A stretch of DNA of 64,000 bases, from contig CP122380.1 of the NCBI GenBank assembly GCA_024650005.2, forward strand, positions 1 through 64,000. Reading direction: 5' to 3'. The position numbers were made by a program, and so were the translations under genes. This DNA is from Candidatus Bathyarchaeum tardum (GTDB lineage Archaea > Thermoproteota > Bathyarchaeia > Bathyarchaeales > Bathyarchaeaceae). Under the pieces are notes generated by a model that ran no database searches, was not told where the DNA came from, and saw only the letters and a program-made list of their open reading frames with translations. Every line of letters begins with the position of its first letter. Position 1 is the stretch's first letter. Positions 58,320 to 64,000 of this stretch are shown here, piece after piece.

Positions 58320-59210
58320 ATGGTTATCCAGTTTATTCGTCGGAATGCCTTCTGGATTTCTGCAAGCTTATTATCTTTATTAGTTTGGGTTCTTCGTTGG
58401 ATTCCTGAAAGTTTTGTAAGTTTCTACAACATAGTTTTCATTTCTTGGGAGTATTATCCACATGTTTTAGTTAGAGGTTCAATGTACGCTATCGCTCCAA
58501 TTGGAATGATTTCCCGTTTGTTTGCAGTGATCCTAGCACTATCAACAGTATATCTTATTTGGAAGGAAAAGACCGATTCTTTTTATATATCAAAAATTTT
58601 AGCTGCTTCAATATGTTTAGAAGGCATTTATTATGCTTCTTTGATACCCTCGATACTATACTTATTTGCCTCGACATGGACTCAAAATTCTCTGTTCTAT
58701 GGAATGTTAGGTTTTGGCTATTTCTTACATGTAACACTAACTTTTCCCTTTTTGACATTTTTAGCATTAAAGCTTTATCAAAATAAAGCTGAATTGAAAG
58801 ATTTCCAATCCTTTAAGCTAATAGCGATTACATTTCTAGGTTACATTATAGCGTTATGGGCAAATGCAAGTTTTCGATGGATAGGATTGGCTTTAACAGT
58901 AGACCTGTCCTTTCTTTGGATGGAATCTACTAGTTTACTGGCTTGGAATACAATTATATTTATGACATTAGCTGTTGTTTTTGCTTCTTATGGAGCTGTT
59001 TATCTTTCAAAAAAGAAGAAAAGAGCAATAAAATGGGTTGCTCTAGCTTTAACAGCGGTTGGTTTGCATTATCTTATTTATTTGATTTATCACATAATTA
59101 GCGGTAATTATATTTCCATTTGGTTAATTGATGTTTGGGCTATGGCATTATTAGGTTTAGGATTATCAATAATAAAATACAAACCATTGTCCACTAGCCA
59201 ACGAAAATAA
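58320..59210 (+). CDS. polytopic membrane protein
   Basis: About 8 hydrophobic segments. Confidence 0.75.
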   Translation: MVIQFIRRNAFWISASLLSLLVWVLRWIPESFVSFYNIVFISWEYYPHVLVRGSMYAIAPIGMISRLFAVILALSTVYLIWKEKTDSFYISKILAASICLEGIYYASLIPSILYLFASTWTQNSLFYGMLGFGYFLHVTLTFPFLTFLALKLYQNKAELKDFQSFKLIAITFLGYIIALWANASFRWIGLALTVDLSFLWMESTSLLAWNTIIFMTLAVVFASYGAVYLSKKKKRAIKWVALALTAVGLHYLIYLIYHIISGNYISIWLIDVWAMALLGLGLSIIKYKPLSTSQRK

Positions 59211-59604
59211 AGGAAGCGCAAAAAAATACATCGTAAATTTCATTTAATTCAAACAAAACCCCATAATTCAACTAAAATCGTCAAACTAATAATAAGAAAA
59301 AATTGAAGTTATACCCTACTGGAATACATCCTAACGTATTATTATAGCCAAGGATTTGCACAATAGCGAAATCATTCAAAACATATGCACCATTAATAAC
59401 CAAAGTGACATCATTTTACTAATATCGTAATTTTTCTTAGAACCAGTATACTAATATACGGAATTTTTTGTTCCAAGTTACTTTCTTCACTAGATAAAAT
59501 GAAGTTTTTGTTTGTTTGGGTGGTTGTTTTTTCTTTTTTTGACCGAAAGAAATAAAGAAGAACTGGTTACTATTTGGTCAGAGTATATACAGAATGGTGA
59601 TTAC

Positions 59605-60705
59605 ATGGGCAAAATCAGGGTTGGCGTAATTGGAGTAGGAAACTGTTTTGCAGGTTTAGCTCAAGGAATCGAAATTTACAAGCGAAACAAAATTGAGAAA
59701 CTCGGTTTAATGCACGAAAAAATCGGAGGGTACGGCTTAGAAGACCTAGAATTTGTTTGTGCCTTTGACGTTGGAGAAAACAAAGTAGGCAAACCCTTAA
59801 ACGAGGCAATATTTTCTGACCCAAACTATGTAGATTGGGTGGAAAGCGTTTCTAATTGTACCTCAAGAAAGGTTAAAGAAAGTCCAATTCTTGACGGTGT
59901 GGGAATCTACGTTGCAGCAATGATTAAACCAATTAACCAGACTAAGACCATTGAAGAACTGGAAAAAGAAGTAATCGAAGAAATCGAATTGACAAAACCA
60001 CAAATCCTGATCAATTACTTACCTGTTGGTAGCCAAAAAGCTGTAGAGTTTTGGGCAAACATTGCCCTCAAAACTGGATGTGCCTTCATTAACTGTATGC
60101 CAGTTTTTATTGCGTCAAACAAAGAATGGCTCAAAAAATTTGAAGACGCAAAATTACCCATCGTTGGAGATGACGTCAAAGGCGTAATTGGTGCAACTAT
60201 TACTCACCGAACCCTAGCCAAACTTTGTGTCGACCGCGGAGCAACCATCGATCGAACTTATCAAATTAATGTTGGGGGAAACACTGACTTTGCTAACATG
60301 CTTGAACGCGAACGCCTAGAAAGCAAAAAAATCAGTAAAACAGAATCGGTGCAAAGCCAAATCCCAGAAAAACAACGCCTAAACGCTAAAGACATTTACA
60401 TCGGACCTAGCGATTTTATCCCCTTCTTGGGTAACACCAAACTTGCTTTCATCAGAATTGAAGGACGAATGTTCGCAAACATACCATACAACATGGAAAT
60501 CCGCCTTGACGTAGACGACAAAGCCAACTCAGGCGGAGTTGCAATCGATGCCATCCGATGCGCACAACTAGCCCTAGACAAAGGCGTCAGTGGTAATCTC
60601 AAGTTCGTTTCAGCGTATTTGATGAAACATCCAATGGAACAAATGGGTGACGAAGACGCCAGAGAACATTTGGACGCGTGGATTGCAGAACTAGAAAACA
60701 AGTAA
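59605..60705 (+). CDS. ino1: myo-inositol-1-phosphate synthase
   Basis: GVGNC, NYLPVGS, GDDVK, GATITHR, QINVGGNTDF, SKKISKT, DKANS, YLMKHP; ATG 59605. Confidence 0.95.
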   Translation: MGKIRVGVIGVGNCFAGLAQGIEIYKRNKIEKLGLMHEKIGGYGLEDLEFVCAFDVGENKVGKPLNEAIFSDPNYVDWVESVSNCTSRKVKESPILDGVGIYVAAMIKPINQTKTIEELEKEVIEEIELTKPQILINYLPVGSQKAVEFWANIALKTGCAFINCMPVFIASNKEWLKKFEDAKLPIVGDDVKGVIGATITHRTLAKLCVDRGATIDRTYQINVGGNTDFANMLERERLESKKISKTESVQSQIPEKQRLNAKDIYIGPSDFIPFLGNTKLAFIRIEGRMFANIPYNMEIRLDVDDKANSGGVAIDAIRCAQLALDKGVSGNLKFVSAYLMKHPMEQMGDEDAREHLDAWIAELENK

Positions 60706-60718
60706 CGGGAATAACATC

Positions 60719-61339
60719 TTGACCCACAACAACCGTCCCCTTCTTCTTTCATGCGGCATTTTACGAGAGGAAATTGAAAAACTCATCAACGAAAACAAAC
60801 TTGACGTTGATGCTGTTTTTTTGGATGCAGGTCTGCACGCAGTTTATTCTGAATTAGAAAAAGCGGTAACAAATGCCCTTGAAGAACACTCAAAACATGC
60901 AAAAAGGGATATAGTTGTAATTTACGGTGACATGTGCCATCCTCGGCTCAAGAAAATCGTCAAGAACTATGACAACACCGTTAAAGTTGATAGTTTAAAC
61001 TGTATTGATTGTTTATTTGGTGGACACAAAAAACTTTTAGATGATGACCCTAAATGTAGCCATTTTTATTTGTCTCCAGGGTGGATGCCATCTAAACTGA
61101 AGAAAAATAAGTACTTTAAAGAAATTTTTGATTGGAACCTAAAAGATATAAAAGAACAATTTAAACATCTTGATGGCTTGATTATTGTTGATTCTTTAGG
61201 TAACTTGGACAAACTAGAAAGTGACATCAAAGAGTTCAGTTACAACAGTGGTCTTGAAGTAAAAAAACAAAAATCAGTGGGATTAGACCGGTTAAAATCT
61301 GTAATCGAGGAAGCTATCAAAAAACTTCAAAACAAATAA
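60719..61339 (+). CDS. DUF1638-like protein
   Basis: SCGIL, AGLH, YGDMCHP, NCIDCL, FYLSPGW. Confidence 0.8.
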   Translation: MTHNNRPLLLSCGILREEIEKLINENKLDVDAVFLDAGLHAVYSELEKAVTNALEEHSKHAKRDIVVIYGDMCHPRLKKIVKNYDNTVKVDSLNCIDCLFGGHKKLLDDDPKCSHFYLSPGWMPSKLKKNKYFKEIFDWNLKDIKEQFKHLDGLIIVDSLGNLDKLESDIKEFSYNSGLEVKKQKSVGLDRLKSVIEEAIKKLQNK

Positions 61340-61348
61340 TGCTAACAA

Positions 61349-62251
61349 TTAGATAGCCAAAGCGTGTTTGCGATATTTGAACAATCCCGGAAAAATGTAA
61401 TATGTTGATCCTTTGATTGCATAACCCAAAGATTTTGCGATGTCAAAACCTTCGCTTACTCTGCTATGTGTTCTTGTGAACACTCCTGCATACTTTTCGT
61501 AAGAGATTCTTCCAAACTTTGTCATTAGTCGGGAAATTTTTTGGTCTTCTGATATTCCAAGTTCAGGGTCGTAGGGTCCAGATTTGCCATTTGACATTTT
61601 TTCGGCAACGTCCCGCAGTACCGTCATACTGGGTCCTGGAACAGTTGGTCCCATTACAGGAATTCCGAAAATCTTTATCGTGGGCAACATAAGGGAAACT
61701 TGTGTCACCAAGTTAGCTCCCATTATTCCAAATCGTCGTCCAAGTTTTAGACTGTCACGTGGTCGCAGGGAGGGGGCTGAAGCTATGATATCTTTTCGTT
61801 TAAAGGCGTAGTACATTACTTCAAAATAGTTTTCATATTTGTCTAAATCAGAAAAAACGTAATCGTTATCCATTTCTGTGCCAGTTGAAAAAAGAGAATC
61901 AATGTCGTTAAAAACGATCATCTTACCCTTTGAATGTTTGAAACCTAAATTTCGTCCTATTGCAGGAGTATCCCATTTTGGATACTTTATGATTCCTTCT
62001 TTCCAAAGGTTAATTCTGTAATCCTCATATTCTACTGGAGAAATAACCCGCAAATCACTGATTTGTGGAAAAGCTGAGTTTTCTCCCGCGTCTGCAACTA
62101 AAAATTCGATGGCGTGGCTTTTTCCGGTTTTTTCTTCAAAAACCTTTTTTGCAATCTCCCAGTTGTTGAATGTCTCTTCGAGGGCTTGTGTATCTCTTTC
62201 ACCTCTCCCAGTTGCAATTACTGAGAAAATTGGCTTTGACATAACCTCCAA
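61349..62251 (-). CDS. divergent GT-A fold (family 2-like) glycosyltransferase
   Basis: FSVI, VAD, GRNLG...KG..IVFNDID, SED motifs. Confidence 0.7.
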   Translation of the reverse strand: MEVMSKPIFSVIATGRGERDTQALEETFNNWEIAKKVFEEKTGKSHAIEFLVADAGENSAFPQISDLRVISPVEYEDYRINLWKEGIIKYPKWDTPAIGRNLGFKHSKGKMIVFNDIDSLFSTGTEMDNDYVFSDLDKYENYFEVMYYAFKRKDIIASAPSLRPRDSLKLGRRFGIMGANLVTQVSLMLPTIKIFGIPVMGPTVPGPSMTVLRDVAEKMSNGKSGPYDPELGISEDQKISRLMTKFGRISYEKYAGVFTRTHSRVSEGFDIAKSLGYAIKGSTYYIFPGLFKYRKHALAI

Positions 62252-62458
62252 TTAAAACAACAGTGCTTTTATCTTTTGCCCGAGGGTCTGATTACACAAT
62301 AGGGAGAGAAATTAAGGCATTTATCAAGGACAAATTATTTTTGAAAAAGTAGGGGGAATATAAATTTCTGCTCCATAATACTTTAAAAACTATGAAGTGT
62401 GATTGATTCTATTAATTGATTAACTCTTCGTTGGTCGTTGCGAGAAAGGAGAAAATAC

Positions 62459-63433
62459 ATGCCAAAAGATTCCAAAAATCAAGTGGTAAACTTATCCAAG
62501 AATTCAAAGGTGCAACGTCTTATTAGCAAGTTTGTTAGCGGAGAGATTAAAACATTAAAACCAATTTTTGACGAAAAATACTGTTTCACTTATCCAATAG
62601 TTGATGAAATAATCGGTGAAGCTAATACAGAAATGTTCTTAGAAGAACTTACTAAAGGCGGAATCCTGAAACAAAAACTTCATGATAAAATCATAGAATG
62701 CCCATCATGTAAATCTTCAAAAGTTGCAACACATTACACTTGTCCGTATTGTAAATCGATTAACATTAAAAAAAGTGCCCTAATTGAGCACATAAAATGT
62801 GGCTACATTGACATTGAAGACAAGTTTCAAAACGAAGACAAGTTAGTTTGCCCTAAATGTGGAACTGATTTAATTCGTCCGGACTTGGATTATAACAAAG
62901 CAGGAGTATGGTGCAATTGCAATAGCTGCAACAAAAGTTTCGACATTCCGGTCCCAGATCATTTTTGTCGAGAATGTGAAACAAATTTCAATTTTGACGA
63001 TTCAACAATCAAAGATGTTTACGCGTATACTTTGACTCCACAAGCCGCAAAGGAAGCAAATGTTGAATCTATTTTAACAACTCCAATTACTGCACTTTTA
63101 CAAGAGTTTGGATATAATGTAGAAAGCCCAGGTTATTTAACTGGAAAGTCGGGGACCAAACACAAGTTTGATATTACTGCTACTGACGAAAACAAGAATT
63201 GCGTTACAGCAATGGATCTTGCATTTGCAGACGACGTTGTGTCTGAACAATCCGTAATTTCTATGTTCGCCAAAATCTTTGATACTGTACCAGACAATTC
63301 TTGCCTTGTTGCTGTTCCACAAATGAGTGAAAATGGCAAAAATTTAGCCAAACTTTACAACATAGAACTAATTGAGGCAAAAGACCAAACTAAAGCCCTA
63401 GAAGCTTTGAGGCGATTATGTCTTATAAAATAA
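62459..63433 (+). CDS. TackOD1-like multi-zinc-ribbon protein with C-terminal restriction-endonuclease-like domain
   Basis: CPSC, CPYC, IEHIKCG, CPKC, CNSC, CREC; GKSGTKHKFDI; ATG 62459. Confidence 0.75.
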   Translation: MPKDSKNQVVNLSKNSKVQRLISKFVSGEIKTLKPIFDEKYCFTYPIVDEIIGEANTEMFLEELTKGGILKQKLHDKIIECPSCKSSKVATHYTCPYCKSINIKKSALIEHIKCGYIDIEDKFQNEDKLVCPKCGTDLIRPDLDYNKAGVWCNCNSCNKSFDIPVPDHFCRECETNFNFDDSTIKDVYAYTLTPQAAKEANVESILTTPITALLQEFGYNVESPGYLTGKSGTKHKFDITATDENKNCVTAMDLAFADDVVSEQSVISMFAKIFDTVPDNSCLVAVPQMSENGKNLAKLYNIELIEAKDQTKALEALRRLCLIK

Positions 63434-63437
63434 GAAT

Positions 63438-64000
63438 TTAATTTTCAGAAAATATTGCTGAATTTCCTCGTTCAGTTATAACCTTGACAACATAGTTTTC
63501 TGGGGGTAATTCAACATCAAAACTAACATAATTTTTGGTTGCGCCCGAATTTAAGAAAACATCTATGTCATAACGTTGATGAGTTGTTGAGTTTGATACC
63601 CACAACGAAACCAAACGCACAGTTAAAGAGCCCTGGTTTTTGAATGTAAACTGAGTTCCAGTAGTTTTCACGTTTATTCCCAGAAAATCTATGTCAATAC
63701 TTGTCTGGTCGATGTCACCACCTTCATCTAAAAGCTTGACATTAATTGTGCCATCAACATCAACATAATCTTGCCAAACATCAGTGAAATTCACGGTGTA
63801 GTAATCCCATCCGGTTGTTGGGGCGTGACCAGCAGTAACGTTGAATCCATTGTTACTGTAGGTGGATGATGACCAGTTATAGGCTTGAAGGTACCATTTT
63901 TCTCCCGCATCACTAGCCCGGTAAATCAATTGTAACTCAATTGTTTGAATGTGGTTCATTTGATAATCGGACAAGTCGACAAAAAAGTCTCCAGTAATAT
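63438..64000 (-). CDS. extracellular pilin-associated-type protein, C-terminal part (5' end beyond window)
   Basis: Beta-rich with N-x-S/T sequons; C-terminal NQGSLTVRLVSLWV...VKVITERGN. Confidence 0.55.
   Translation of the reverse strand, partial: ITGDFFVDLSDYQMNHIQTIELQLIYRASDAGEKWYLQAYNWSSSTYSNNGFNVTAGHAPTTGWDYYTVNFTDVWQDYVDVDGTINVKLLDEGGDIDQTSIDIDFLGINVKTTGTQFTFKNQGSLTVRLVSLWVSNSTTHQRYDIDVFLNSGATKNYVSFDVELPPENYVVKVITERGNSAIFSEN

Noticed and set aside
19404-63351. Numerous 60-180 aa ORFs antisense to or nested in housekeeping genes
   Set aside because: Shadow ORFs of well-supported genes, without motifs or independent signals

Overview
Archaeal chromosomal window. Gene content (PolB1, eS1, Rpo3/Rpo10, archaeal SAM synthetase, AcnX/UbiD mevalonate route, TackOD1-like protein) is most consistent with a TACK archaeon, probably Bathyarchaeia; this is inference from sequence only. 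It has four parts: (1) housekeeping and surface genes (SagB-like, DsrE, pyrF, PKD protein, eS1, serS); (2) an AT-rich ~9.4 kb tyrosine-recombinase integrative element between serS and purM, carrying a HerA/FtsK-like ATPase, a Rep-like wHTH protein and a DUF3800 gene followed by a structured GC-rich RNA-like segment; (3) a purine cluster, purM / purS-L-Q convergent with purF-purD; (4) mat, mscL, dtdA, polB, gltX, a lower archaeal mevalonate/isoprenoid operon and the S13-S4-S11-RpoD-L18e-L13-S9-RpoN-eno-S2 superoperon, then assorted genes. The most notable signal is that no purN/purT lies in the purine cluster, and purD is instead translationally coupled to a HAD-like / Ftr-paralog / PfkB-kinase trio (an EhaR-EhaS-EhaT-like module), a candidate new route for GAR formylation. 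Other signals are a promoter + palindrome + three-way-junction RNA between purM and purS, an integrase with non-canonical catalytic motifs, and an apparent AUU start for rpoN. No tRNA, rRNA or CRISPR array was seen. All family calls come from motif recognition; no database search was run.
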